A stretch of DNA of 60,622 bases, filler included, from Sphacelaria rigidula (GCA_964200075.2; 6 parts of 6 records of this genome joined end to end with filler, not necessarily neighbours in it), one strand, 5' to 3'; numbered from the whole stretch's first letter, positions 1-11,894 are shown. Translations and numbers: made by a program. Notes: generated by a model from the letters alone, not told the origin.

Positions 1-1877
1 GTGCGGGTGTGTGATCGTGGGCGGGTTCGCGTGCTCGGGGGGGGGGGGGGGGGGGGGGCTACGTGTCCGAAAATATTCTCGGCGCTGCCCCCTGCCCTCA
101 GGTAAGTATCTGGTTTTCCGCGTTTCTCGTCTGTTATGTTCGTGTTGGTGTCGATATCTTTCATGCGTTTAGCTTTACCCCTTTCACCCAATCCATATTA
201 TTTGGAAGTGGGATGCAAAAAGAAACACGTACTCGGCTGGTTATCAGGTCATGACAAGGTATGGTTTCCGCGTTTTTCCGCTGCGGTCACCAATATTGGG
301 GAGCACGGGATGCAACGTGCATGGTTGAAGAAACCCCGATTGATTGTAATGACGGGATATTCTACCCAGCAATCGTGACGGTTCTCTAGCGCATTTCACA
401 GGTGATTTTCTCCCTCAGACCTCGCGTTTGCAAAAAGACTGGGGCGTCCGTACTGTAAAACCTCCACGGTGTCTTTTATTCCTCAACACAGTGATCATGC
501 TCTCATACGGTGCGCGTGGTGTCGACTGGGCGGGGATATGCGGAGTGCCAATACATACAGTTCGACAACTGTGTGGGAGAGAAAAACCACAGCATGCCGG
601 GGTACCCCCGTTCTCTTGTAGCCCGCGACACAATTGGCCGCTTTTTGCCGACGGCGTCGTCGAACGTTGTTGGGAGAACGGGGGCCGAACAACGACTGTA
701 TGGCTGGAATGGCCGATTGTTTCCTCACACGCATTCCATGATCGGTCGTAGATGAACACGGGAGGCTAAAGTAAAGTCTTCCCCATTGATCGCAATGATC
801 GACGCTGGGAGCTCCGACGACGCTCGCTCGGTAGTGTGGGAAAAAAGACCGTCCTCGCTTTGTAGTTCAGCGCGTGTGAGAGACATGGATATGTTGTGTT
901 CTACGGTGGAGCAATGCTACGGTAGGGATGCACTTTTTTCGCGAAATGTTGTCTGGGTCAGGGGCTTTTGACGATTCTAGAAGCACAAGAATATGGGTCA
1001 AGGCATCCCCGTTCGCGGATTCATTCGGGATATTCCTAGCACATTGGCTTGGGACTTTCGGAATTTGGTATGGAGAATGAATGTGGCGTTTGGCCAAAAC
1101 CTTCGTGCTGACTGATTTTTGCCCTCAATTCATGGAAAAAATAACTCCTGGCGCCGAGAGTTCTTCATGTTGTGCCTCCATTCTCCTTACCAAAGTTTGA
1201 ACGTCCAACTCTAAATACTGAGGGCAGGCGGAGCCTGCAGGCTAAACCATCACCTCTAGGCTGGACCAGCTCGTATACAAGTCGTGAACCATCATACATT
1301 ATACTCGATGCTTTACATGGGAGATATTTCTCTTCGCCACGAATACCACGGAAAACACAACTGACAATACAAAAAATAATACTCGGGGGGTTACTATACC
1401 GACACGAAAAGGGATATCATCTACTTATTTCACGCTTGCCCCAGTGAGTTAGCAAAGCGGCAAAGATAACAAGCGAAATCGCTGAGGGAAGCAGGCACGT
1501 CCCTTTCCAAACTTCTCTTAAATCAGATCTACCGCGCGGCTTCTCTCCTTGACTTTTTCCACGCACGTGCCGCGGTTACTGGCATGAAGGAACACTTCTC
1601 ACGTATGTAAACTTCACGGGCCGAAAAAGCTTGAATTGGTCGAGAGAAATAAACAGAACTTAAAGGATTGAACGCTTCAAAACACGTTCAGTTCATTAAA
1701 GGGCGTATCTCCGCCTGCGCGCTCAGCACACCACGAGTCGGCAACAATTACATCGTGTGCGTACGCAATACGGGACTACACCTACGTGGCATCATGCACC
1801 TATTATGACCCAGGAATCAATCAAATCACAAAACAGGGGCACAAGGGAGAGAGGCGTTCACCATGGCCGGCTGATAT

Positions 1878-4800
1878 CTACATGTGCAGCATGTGGAAGT
1901 CTGTACCAAGGGGTCCGTCGACTCGGTAGTTCTCCACCTCTCCACGCATGGCACCGACACCATGCGTCACGGGCATACCGTCGGTACCGATCACGGGGCG
2001 CGCCGTCTCGCCCAGCAGGCCACTGAAGTGCTTTTGTATCATATTCCGGAAGAAATAGCCACCTGTACGAAACGACGACATCATGCATGACACGCACATG
2101 AAGCATCGACGTGGGGTTGCTCTGTTTCTATTTGTATGTGGATAAATTCCCAGCTGCTCGTTGTGATGGGCATTCTTACCATTTCGATTTACGTGTAGAG
2201 TTTTCCTTACCAAACCATGCACTTTTTTGCGGGGTATCGTAGAAAGTGTCCCACGATTTCCGAATACCCCTCTCTGGCAGAGACAAAATTATAGCAGAAA
2301 CACTCCCACAACACTTGGGGAATCCACAAACAGTACTCACCCCCCCCCATGTTCACGTGATCACCCTCGAACCGCTCGATGCCGAGGTTCATCTGCCAGA
2401 ACTCGAGCTCGGGTAAAACGCGGCCATCGGGCAACATCTCTCCGCCCTGATAGTTCGTGCCTACATTAAGACGGATCTTGAGGGAGGGGGTCTCGATCCT
2501 GAACACCGCGTGGCTGGATTCAGTCAATGCAAAAGGACCGGTGGGGTGAGCGGATAACGCGCCGCCGTTACCGCCAGCGGCGGTGTGTTCCTTCACGAAT
2601 TGAGCGCACCAGGCAGGCGCAGCGACAGGCGGGCCGGACATGACCCACTCAGGGAAGGTCATCGCCGTCGTGCTCCTGTGTCAGGCAGATAGTACCCATG
2701 ATCCCATAGGGATAAATTTCAGTACGGCGAGGCATTGGGGGGGAGTAGGGCCGGTGAGGAAGATCACGCGCAAACATGGCAGAAATTATGTCAACTGAAG
2801 TCTGTTGATTGCCATCTACAGAGACAGGGTCAAACCTCCAACTCAAGGAGCACACACACAAACAATGCGATGGATGCTTGTAGTCTATCGAAGCCCACCT
2901 GAGGTTGCGGCGACCAGGGATGGCAGCGGCGATCGCAGCCGAAGTGATCTCAGCGAACTTCCGCGCCCAGATCAGGTCACCGCCGAACGGACGGCACTCG
3001 GCGGGAAGGTTGGAAGCAGTCATATCCATTTCGCTATCAGTATCGGCGAACAAGGAGACACTGGTGGGACCCTCCAGAGCATCAGACTCAACACCGTCTA
3101 CTAGGACTCGGAGGCCGCCCTCAGCCAGGCACGGTCTGACATCCTGCTTTCGGCAGCCCTGAGTCCTTGTGGTGTAGGGATCCTTCACCTGTGCATGTAT
3201 TTACGTTCCGCAATTATTTCCATGAAGTGGCGCATGAGAGTGGGTGGAGGACGAAGCGTCCCAAGAAGAGCGTGAGTCTCAATACTCGATCTGTAAGACG
3301 ACTTCATGAGACGTTTACGATACCGTAGTATGTCACATCGTGTCCTTCTCCGAAACATACGTCCTCCTTCCACCGCGTCATGAGTGCGACGGCAGCGGCA
3401 ATCACGTCAACTTAAAGTCTGTGTTCAGTTGGTATTACAAGGGCCCAGATGGGCAAATGGCAGTTGACTAGCACCAGAAACGCAGGTGTCGAAGGACATA
3501 ACTGTAATGCGTGGGATGACCGCGTGCTTAGGGCCGCATCAGAATTTGAACATCCTTACGGTTATGGTGAGGGTTGGGCTTAGGGTCAGGGCCGTGTTGC
3601 CTGCAGGGACTGGCCCGATTGGTTTTGAAAAACGTCGATCTTGAGGTGTTTTGAACTACGATGCTGTCCCCTAAGCCCGCGGTCCTCTCCCGCATTACAA
3701 TACCCATATATTTTGTGTGCACTGTCCATGTCGCCGAGTTCCACATCTCACCTCCACGACAAGAGAATGGTCACCCTCGAGGATGGATACTCCAGTGACG
3801 AGCTGCCTGTCGGGGAATTCTTCGCCCATAGGGGCGGTAACGCGGACGTTGACATGGGTCGCGTGCTGCGATGCGCCGACGGATTGGCCTGCATAAGATT
3901 CATTGAGGAAACAACAATGACGGACGTCCAATGAGCATGTTCAATATGTCAAGAAAATGCACCCGAGATATTTTATTTTTACTCGTTCGATGTGTGTCCA
4001 TCTTCCATTCCCACGCGCAGCAACCCATCAGGCGAAGAAAGGCAACGACATGCCTTACCCCCCTCACCTTCGCCCGACGACGACAGCAGCGAGTACCACG
4101 CTCCATCCACCCCGGACCAATCGATCTTCTGACCCGCAAGTCCCACCATATGAGGATCATCGCACATGCCCGAATCGATGGCCACATCATCCACCGCGCT
4201 AAGATCGGGGTCGTTGCCCTCATCATCCACGTAGCTTACGGAGACGACAGCGTCGGCGCCTGCACGCTCGGCGCACGTGTCCAACAGCACGGTGAACTCC
4301 GCGAGGTTGGCTTCTAAGCTGCCCACCTTGAAGGTTACCATGCTGCCGCTGACTTCTGCCGTACCGCCGTTGGTCGACGTAGTGGCCGAGGATACGCTGA
4401 TGTCCCCGAAGTCGACGACGATCTCGGCGTTGGTAGAAGGGCACGGGATCACGGATCCACCTGCCCCGCTCAGGATGGCGGCCAGCGCCTCTGCGGTTCG
4501 GTAGCATTGTCAATGGAGGAAGGGTTCAAAGGGGGAGGGGAAGGACATTATGGGTGTGCTCTTATGACGATTTTGAGTTTGAGGGATGCTGGGCAGTGGG
4601 GATAGTTACGGTGCATTTGCTTGAAAAAGTGATGGAGGCAACGGGGCGTGATTAGTTTCATCTGGTGGTACCTTACCTTGAAGATGGATAAAAATGTCCT
4701 TTCATCGATCATCCAAACGTAGAACAGACCCGTACCCGTGTGTCGACGCGATATGTACCAGACGTACGGAAGTCGACGAGACGCTCGGAGTAGGAGGTGT

Positions 4801-6959
4801 AGAGGTTCAAAAGTGTGAAAAAGGAATCACGACTTGGGCGTACCTACTTCGGGGCGATTAGATGCATCACGTGCTTGCAACTTGACAACACGGCATGGGT
4901 GGATCATCCGAAGACTACAAAACTCGTACGTCGACATTCTCCACAACAGCACCCGTGTTAAAAAACCAGTATTCGTCAGTCACAACAAAAACATTCTCCC
5001 CGACGAGTGCACGAGAGGAATGAATTCTCGGTCGGTGGCCGTTGCGCCCGGCTTTCGATCTCGATAAAGCAACCCTAACCTTCTCACACGGGGCGGGAAG
5101 GAATCCCAAAGAAAACAGTCCACGAGGCGACACTGGTTTTTGGCTTTGATTAATCGAGTCAACAATCCAAAGGAAATACTCACGGTCAAGCTGCTCGAAG
5201 TCTCCGATCGCGAAAACGTTTGCCTCGTCACCACCGATGGCCAGAAGCGTTGCGTCGCTCACCCCGTTGCCTGAATTGGGTACGCACGTTGCAAACAGGT
5301 CATCTGAATGAGCACAGCTCAACTCGACGCTGCACGGCAACAGTCGGAGGGCACACGGACATTTGAAGGCATGCACTGGACAAGAGTTGGTTCACTCATC
5401 AATGGAACAAGCCCACACACGACCGAGACTCAGTCTACTCATCAATGGAGACACATTCCTAGAGTTTTTGTGAAGGAATCACCCATTCGAGTTCGCTTTG
5501 TTTCCTCTTTCGTACTTTTCGCCCCGCCCCCCCGCCGTCGTTTTGTACGTCTATATGGCGTGAGAGGACCGCGTGCTTAGAGAAGTGCATCGGTGTTCAA
5601 AACATCTCAGGATAGACGTTCATCAAAACCAACTGGGCCAGTCCGTGGAGGGATCACGCCCCTGACCCTAACCCTAACCCCAACCATGGGGATGTTCAAG
5701 TTCCGATACGGTCCTTTAATGACGCGGTCCTCCCACGCATTGCAACCTCTCCACCTACTTTTCTCAGTAAAGACATCAATCATAGCCTATAGGCAACAAA
5801 CCGTTCTTCTTCCAGCAGGTACTAGCATCGATCCACGCAGAGACCGCTCAAGTCGCTCTCTCCCAGCCCGGTCGTTGTCTCGCCTCCAATTCGGTAAATT
5901 CTTCGTCACTTCAAATCGGTAAGTTTTCGGACGACGAAAATCATATTCATATGCAAGAACTCGGCGCAAACTAGTTTGGATTGTTCGAATAGGAATCATC
6001 CGCACCTACTCCGACGGCAAAGACGATGGTTCCTTCCTCTCTCGCCATGTCCGCCTGCTCGGTGGGGTCTCCACCGTTGCCGTCTGTGATGACGATCATG
6101 AAAGCAGCCGTGCCGCCCTGCGCATTCAGTAGCCTTCTCGCTTCCTCCACTCCCTCCGGGATGTCCGTTCCACCTGCAAGCAACCGGGTATTAGAATATG
6201 GCACAATTAAGATCGGCGGCATTTTTATGTGTTGATACGGTCTGCACAATGATCTGCTGTACTGCAAACGTAGCTGTTTATCGCTGAAAGCAAAAGCATG
6301 AGACGATGGTGTTTGTGCCGTTTTTGTTGCCTCTCAACCAAGACTGAGAACACAGTACACGCGAGCCATCTTGTCGGTAGGGCCCCACGAAACACGGGCT
6401 TCTCAGAATCGACGCTTGATTCAAATGAAAGACAATGACGAGCGCAGGCAAATCACAAAACACAGAAGAGAAATACTCCCTTACACATTGGTTGCGGCAT
6501 GTTAATACACTGGGGAAACGTTTGGCATCATGAATGCAGGTTGCAGACCACTTATGGTAGCGCCATAGACGCCGGTAAACCTAGCAGCTAGGAACCGGGT
6601 GTTTTGACGGGATGCAGTAAGTGGCGACCAGACATTTCAAGTCAGCGTCGTGCGCCCCAAGCCATAATCCAAACACGACACACGCCAGATGTATATCACA
6701 ATACATGAAGTGAATCACGCAGTTTCGCACCTCCTGCTTGATCGTCACCATCGACGAACGCATCGAACTCGGCCTGAGATCCGAAGGTACCGGACGATTC
6801 GACGCTGCTGCTGAATTGCACGTACGAGGCCGTCCCTCCGTTGTCAAATAAATTACGGTTTGCGAACGCAGCCACCGCGTTTTGCGCGAAGTCCTTCTCG
6901 AGAAGCCAATCAGTGGTGGCGATGCTCCCGGACCCATCAAGCACGACAGCTAGATCGAC
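1878..6959 (-). CDS. Spliced gene (5'-incomplete) encoding a von Willebrand factor A domain protein with a downstream beta-rich region, a DPH motif and a C-terminal VWD/root-cap/ITI-HC-C-like domain
   Basis: Eight phase-compatible GT-AG exons in transcription order: 6959-6731, 6173-6006, 5270-5184, 4490-4059 (alternative same-phase donor 9 nt earlier), 3888-3752, 3188-2899, 2675-2341, 2062-1878 (TAG stop). Total 1863 nt, about 620 aa. vWA MIDAS elements are VDLAVVLDGSGS (DxSxS), GGTD, MIVITDG and IVFAVGVG. These are followed by CDDPHMVGLAGQKIDWSGVDGAWYSLL and GLLGETARP. No start codon or signal peptide exon was found. Confidence 0.88.
2095..2250. mobile_element. Partial MITE (same family as 43867-44115) in the last intron of the vWA gene
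   Basis: Its reverse complement (gacactttctacgataccccg...gtaaatcgaaatggtaagaatgcccatcacaacgagcagctgggaatt) aligns with 43867-43975 (gacactttctacgatagcccc...gtaagtcgaaatggaaaaagccgagcacaacgagcagctgggaatt). Confidence 0.7.
3503..3699. mobile_element. ~200-bp MITE family A with telomere-like core, copy 1 (intronic)
   Basis: TIRs tgtaatgcgtgggatgaccgcgtgctta / taagcccgcggtcctctcccgcattaca; internal degenerate TTAGGG (gagggttgggcttagggtcaggg). Confidence 0.85.
5552..5744. mobile_element. MITE family A, copy 2 (intronic, opposite orientation)
   Basis: gcgtgagaggaccgcgtgcttaga...ccctgaccctaaccctaaccccaacc...gacgcggtcctcccacgcattgca. Confidence 0.82.
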
Positions 6960-7097
6960 CTATCCGTGAGCACGCGCGACACAGGAGAGACAACAACAGT
7001 GTATTGGGTTGGGTTTCAACAACCATTCAATTACTCATCATCAAAAGCGTGGCGGAATAATCGAGTGTGAATCAAAGTCGGGTTCAGGGTGGTTTAA

Positions 7098-7194
7098 CCC
7101 TTAGACCGCGAGGTTAGTCTTCTGTTGAATCGGCATCAGTTTCAAGTGAAAAAAGTATGTATGATCAAGAAAGATTAATCTATCGGTCTAAGGG
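7098..7194. mobile_element. 97-bp piggyBac-like MITE
   Basis: TTAA on both sides (7094-7097, 7195-7198). TIRs cccttagaccg / cggtctaaggg extend imperfectly to about 25 bp. CCC termini with a TTAA TSD are the piggyBac signature. Confidence 0.85.
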
Positions 7195-8294
7195 TTAAGG
7201 ATCCACCTGAACGGGACACGCAAACCTTATGTGAACACAAATCTTTTGGCGGTTTACAACCCGTAGTTGGCAGCTGAGTAGCATCTCTTTCATCACGGGG
7301 TTCAAGCGCCCGAATGGTTTATGTCGAAGACTTCCGGGTCGACTACAGTGAGCAAAACATCCGCTTTAAAGGGGTATGTCGAGTGGATGAATCAGGACCG
7401 GTAAGGTTGGCAGCACTGACAGTATGCCGCAAACGAGGCAAAAGGGGGAGAAGGCGGGCAAGGAAACGTCGCTCTGCTTACTTTCAAAAAGAAGAGAGGG
7501 AGATGCCATCATTCCGTCAAGCGTCGTTGCATTTTTCTACAGAACCGAGAGAAGGAAGGGACGTTGGTTGCGATAAATACAATTTTAAAAAACGATACCA
7601 TCGCAATGGTATTTTACCAACAATTCAATCTCACGCCCCTTCAATGTCGGGACGGGGCGATCACTATGCCCGGTTTCGCCGGCCTTAGCTATGACAAAAA
7701 GACACCGGCTGCCAGTCAGGTGATGCTTTACAGGGGTGCGGTGTCGAATGAATGACGGCTATGAAAGCGGGTAGCAGGGGCGGTACTGTATACATGAACT
7801 GCGTAAATCATAATATTTCGACTGTTGACCCCACAGCTGTCCAACATCAGCACGGTGCAATGTTAACGATAAAAATTGCGTCTTCCAGCCTAGACCGTCA
7901 CTTCATGACCTTGTCTACAGTAGCTACATAACTGAGTTAGGTGTGGTTATCAAGGAGCGTGACGCTGCGGTACGGGGGCACTCTTTGCGCAAAATCTTGT
8001 CTGATTCGGGGGCTGCTCACGATTTTAGGTGCACAAGAGTATGGGCCAGGGCATTTCCGTTTGCAAATCCATTCGAGGTATCCATTTGTGCACCCCTACC
8101 GTAGCGTCACTCGAAGGGCAATTCCATGAACGAGATGGCTTGCGCGAGAAGACATCCTGACTGATTATGCTCGTTCTCACTTATTTACATGGCGCTCGAC
8201 AAAGCGCTCGACAGCCCGGAGCGTAGCTCTCATCCGCTGATTGTTTTTGTGCCTGGTTTTGTTACAATCGGTGGTGAAATGAAGTAGCGCTCTC

Positions 8295-8466
8295 GATTTG
8301 GTGTGGATACAAAGATTTTAGGCGTACCGTCATGATCTGTCGCTGTTGGGAAGTTCGCGGGAGTATTCGTGACGGTGTGAGCTCTTGGCTTACCGACCGG
8401 GTTCTCCGGGTTCTCATCCTCAATGAAAAGCTCCATCATTCTCAATTTCGACGATCGGCTGTTCAA
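8295..8466. mobile_element. Fragment of foldback family F (cf. 31779-32224, 43589-44274)
   Basis: atttggtgtggatacaaagattt...ccgggttctcatcctcaatgaaaagctccatcattctcaatttcgacgatcggctgtt matches the right arm at about 32145-32224, with an ~85-bp interruption. Confidence 0.65.
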
Positions 8467-8519
8467 TATCGAACCGAGGCCAATGGAAACCAAACCCCAC
8501 TTGTACTGCGGTGGGCCGT

Positions 8520-8696
8520 CGTAATGCGAGAGAGAACCGCGTGCATAGAGGACTGCATCTCAGTTCGAAACACCTCGGGGTTGACGCTTTTTATAAGCAA
8601 TCGGGCCCGTTCCTGCAGGGATCACGTGACTCTAACAATAGGGATGTTCGAACTCCGATGCGGTCCTCAAAGCACGAGGTCCTCCCGCGCAACACA
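8520..8696. mobile_element. MITE family A, copy 3
   Basis: gtaatgcgagagagaaccgcgtgcataga...gatgcggtcctcaaagcacgaggtcctcccgcgcaacaca; the telomere core is largely deleted. Confidence 0.8.
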
Positions 8697-9100
8697 CCGT
8701 GTCAGGCGCCGAGCGGGAGTATCTGTAGACGTCAGGTTTGACTTGAACTGTTGGGACACACCTCGCCACCCGGTTGTGGATTACAGCCAAGTGACAAACG
8801 CGGACTTTTCATTGGCAAGTGGTCTTTTGCGCCGCACTTTCTGAGTGCAAAAAGCTGAGAATTTCCATGTTCCACTTTCCGTTCGTGCGCCAGAAAATAA
8901 AAAGTTGATTTTTGATCGAAGCCCTCTAGGAGAAATTATGTGGATTGATCACTGTGGTTCTCTTTCACCTCGCCGCATATTCCCGCAGCCCCAGTTCAAG
9001 AATAAATCCCCCACCTGGTGAAATCGTTTTACTGACGAGTAACAGAGTACTTCACTGTTGTAAACACTGCATTCTTTACTATACGTTATCTAGCGTGCGT

Positions 9101-9757
9101 TGTAATGCGTGGGAGGACCGCGTGCTTTCTGAACCGCACCGGAATTTGAACGACCCAGGACCGACGTTTTTCAAGACCGCTCGGGCCAGTTTCTGCAGAG
9201 ACCGCGCCCCTGACCGTAACCCTAAGAGCAGTGTATGGCAAGCAATCCATATTTGTACAAATGAGAATTTCAGCCCGTGTAAATCCGATGTTCTCCCGGG
9301 GATTGAAATCTTGGACACCAGTCCGTTGGGCAATGTTTTTCGCCTAGCTCTGAAGAAACCAAATAAATTCTCCGACTCTCTGGACGCTGACTATCTATGA
9401 TCGGTAGACTCCCGCATCTCCCCCGAATCTGGGGCCCACATCGGGGGAGATGCGAGAGTCTGCCGATCTGAGCAGAAAGGTGATGGAAGCAAAAGTCAGC
9501 GCCCAGAGTATCGGAGAACTGGTCTGGTTTCCTCAGAGGTGGGCGAAAAACATTTTTCAACGGACTGGGGACCGAAAAATTAATCCACGGGAGAAAGTTG
9601 GGTTTACACGGGCTGAAATCCTCATGTTGGTACCAAATCAATACGGATCGATTGCCGAACAAATTGGTCTAAGCCCAAGCCTCAGCCTAACCCTAACAAT
9701 CGGGGTTTTCAAACTCCGATGGGGTCCAAAAAGCACGCCGTCCTCACACCCATTACA
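9101..9757. mobile_element. MITE family A, copy 4, split by a nested foldback element
   Basis: The left part (tgtaatgcgtgggaggaccgcgtgc...ccgtaaccctaa) ends at 9225. The element resumes at 9670 (taagcccaagcctcagcctaaccctaac...gcacgccgtcctcacacccattaca). Confidence 0.82.
9226..9669. mobile_element. 444-bp foldback element with TAA target duplication (PIF/Harbinger, Tourist-like)
   Basis: Almost wholly palindromic: tttcagcccgtgtaaa...agtccgttg...gacgctgact...gatcggtagactcccgcatctcccc is mirrored by gggagatgcgagagtctgccgatc...agtcagcgccc...caacggact...tttacacgggctgaaa. Flanked by TAA (9223-9225 and 9670-9672). Confidence 0.8.
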
Positions 9758-10023
9758 GCATACCGTTAGTTACGCCGCCAACACTCAAAGTGCATGTGTA
9801 GACATGGATGTGCACCTAGAGGTTTACCGTTTATTCAACGGTGAATTAGGGTGAAATATATCGATTTAGCCTCGACTTTAAAAGGAGGCTGTAGTGTAAG
9901 GAGTTAACCCTTAAATGGCGGGGATAGTCGATCTGGATCATGCAGGGTTGACTACGAGCTGGGCCAGCCCAGAAACGGATTCAACCTGGCAGAGCAATAT
10001 CTCATCACCGGAAACGAATTGGG

Positions 10024-10123
10024 NNNNNNNNNNNNNNNNNNNNNNNNNNNNNNNNNNNNNNNNNNNNTTAATTAATTAANNNNNNNNNNNNNNNNNNNNN
10101 NNNNNNNNNNNNNNNNNNNNNNN
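10024..10123. other. Artificial contig spacer
   Basis: N44-TTAATTAATTAA-N44 (stops in all six frames). Confidence 0.98.
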
Positions 10124-10179
10124 AGGGAAAGCACGGCTTTTGAGTTGAACCTCATTTTTTTTTTCAACCCCATTTTCGA

Positions 10180-10278
10180 AAATCGGCTGTTAATACTAAC
10201 CCTAACCCTAACCCTAACCATAGTGATGAAGAAATTCCGACGCGGTCCTTTAAGCACGCGGTCCTCTCGCGCATTACA
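10180..10278. mobile_element. MITE family A-related end with (CCCTAA)n
   Basis: ctaaccctaaccctaaccctaaccatagtgatg...gcggtcctttaagcacgcggtcctctcgcgcattaca. Confidence 0.75.
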
Positions 10279-10656
10279 GACCTCACCTAGTAGCGAATAT
10301 ACACCCTACTCGAAACGCATTCACCCCCAATACCTGAGAACTTTGCAGCTCAACTTCCGCCACGAGCAACACTTAAGCGCCCCCACCCCTCCCCGCGGCT
10401 TTTCCTCTGCCGGTGCATACTTATGGGCGTTCATGTGGTGTTCGCAGGTGCTGTTCATGGTTGATGAGTAAAGTCGCCTACCACCCTACTCACAATGTGA
10501 GGGGATCGATAACCAGCGATCCACTGCGCACGCGATACCACGACGGCAAGCGTTGCGGTCCGGCACCCTCCTCAGCATCTTCCGGGTATCGTGTTTCGTG
10601 GATGTTCATTTGATAGCCACACACACATATACATATATAGTATACAATATATATAT

Positions 10657-10952
10657 GCCGCGCCCGGTGGTGTAATGGTCCGATTGTCGCCGTTAGGGTG
10701 GAGAGAACGGGGGATTCGATTCCCGATGCGTTGGGTTTTTTCTCCGTGATGTATGATTTCCACCGTGGGAAGCATGAGAACGTGAGTAAACAAAGTAGTC
10801 GACTGTGTTTGTGTGACGTGAGTTGATGCGGTGCAGGAGTGCTGACCCAGTCCGCGAGACCAAAATTAAAGGCATGTACCGGGGGAGGGATGGGTTGATC
10901 TCTTGAGACCACGGACTCATCCCAAGGAAGGCGAGGGGTTGAAAGTGTGAGG
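10657..10952 (+). mobile_element. tRNA-derived SINE (family S) inserted in (TA)n
   Basis: The head gccgcgcccggtggtgtaatggtc...ggattcgattcc has pol III A/B-box-like motifs. The body gggttgatctcttgagaccacggactcatccc is shared with 32761-32800, 33550-33590 (reverse) and about 50740-50780. AT microsatellites lie on both sides. Confidence 0.7.
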
Positions 10953-11493
10953 ATATATATATATATATATATGTATACAGACATATATACATATGGAGAG
11001 TTCCCTGCAGGATAGAATGGTCGACTGAGACCTGAGGTTTGCTGAAAGTACAGGAGTAATGAGCGCTTGGTTTCGGAAATTATGTGTGGTACTCGTGGAA
11101 ACGAAAACTCCTCTCTCTTGAGGAAACGGTAACGGCATATCGGGTCAAGTGTATTGACGAAAAATATTTGAATACGGCGGAGCATACTGCGCGGAGGCGG
11201 TAAGCGTGGAGCAGCGGCTGGCGCTTTGCCAATTGCTCGGAGCATGCAGTGGAACATGAATTTTCTTTCAACACCTCTGGCGACGTGTGAAACGAGTGAT
11301 GACGGTTCGTACACCGCAGAGTTTATGAACTGACACCCGTCATAATGATGAATACAGGAGTGCATGTAACGACACTACGGTCGTGTCGATCGATAGAAGA
11401 TGTGTGAACATGGTGAATTACTAGAGCGTATTTTCTGGCGGGGTGGGTGCTCAGCATAACGTTCCACATGCAGTAGATGTTGCTATAGTAGCC

Positions 11494-11704
11494 TGTAATG
11501 CGTGAAAGGACCGCGTGCTTAGAGGACGGCATCGGAGTTTGAATATCCCTATGGGTAGGATCGGGGCTTGGGTTGATGATGGGGGGTAAGGTCAGGGGTG
11601 TGATCCCTGCAGGGACTGGCTCGATTGGTTTTGAAAAAAGTCGATCCTGAGTTTTTTTTACTACGATGCGGTCCTCGAAAAACGCGGTCCTCTCACGCAT
11701 TACA
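11494..11704. mobile_element. MITE family A, copy 6
   Basis: TIRs tgtaatgcgtgaaaggaccgcgtgcttaga / cgaaaaacgcggtcctctcacgcattaca; internal sequence closely matches copy 1. Confidence 0.85.
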
Positions 11705-11894
11705 GCAGGCATCGACCGCGTAGCGGTTCAAAATGATCGCCAGATATTGTATTGTGAAAAAAGTGTTTTCAACACCGATGCATCCACTGCCGTATGCATG
11801 TACCGGAATGAGTTGAGACACGTACGCCTCCTAGATGATAAAAACAATGATGGAGCGAAGATCAACTCTCATGGGCCATGTGAAGCCAGCCAGA

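Noticed and set aside
1050-1450. Possible gypsy RNase H/integrase remnant (FVLTDF; ILDALH...RKT)
   Set aside because: The similarity is too weak and fragmented to support without a profile search.
8945-9662. Pairs of similar peptides on opposite strands (also 20965-21392, 31470-32386, 43426-44408)
   Set aside because: These are a by-product of inverted-repeat elements, not duplicated genes.
10490-11365. 291-aa minus-strand ORF
   Set aside because: It runs through a SINE and (TA)n microsatellites (YIYIYI) and has no protein-like motif.
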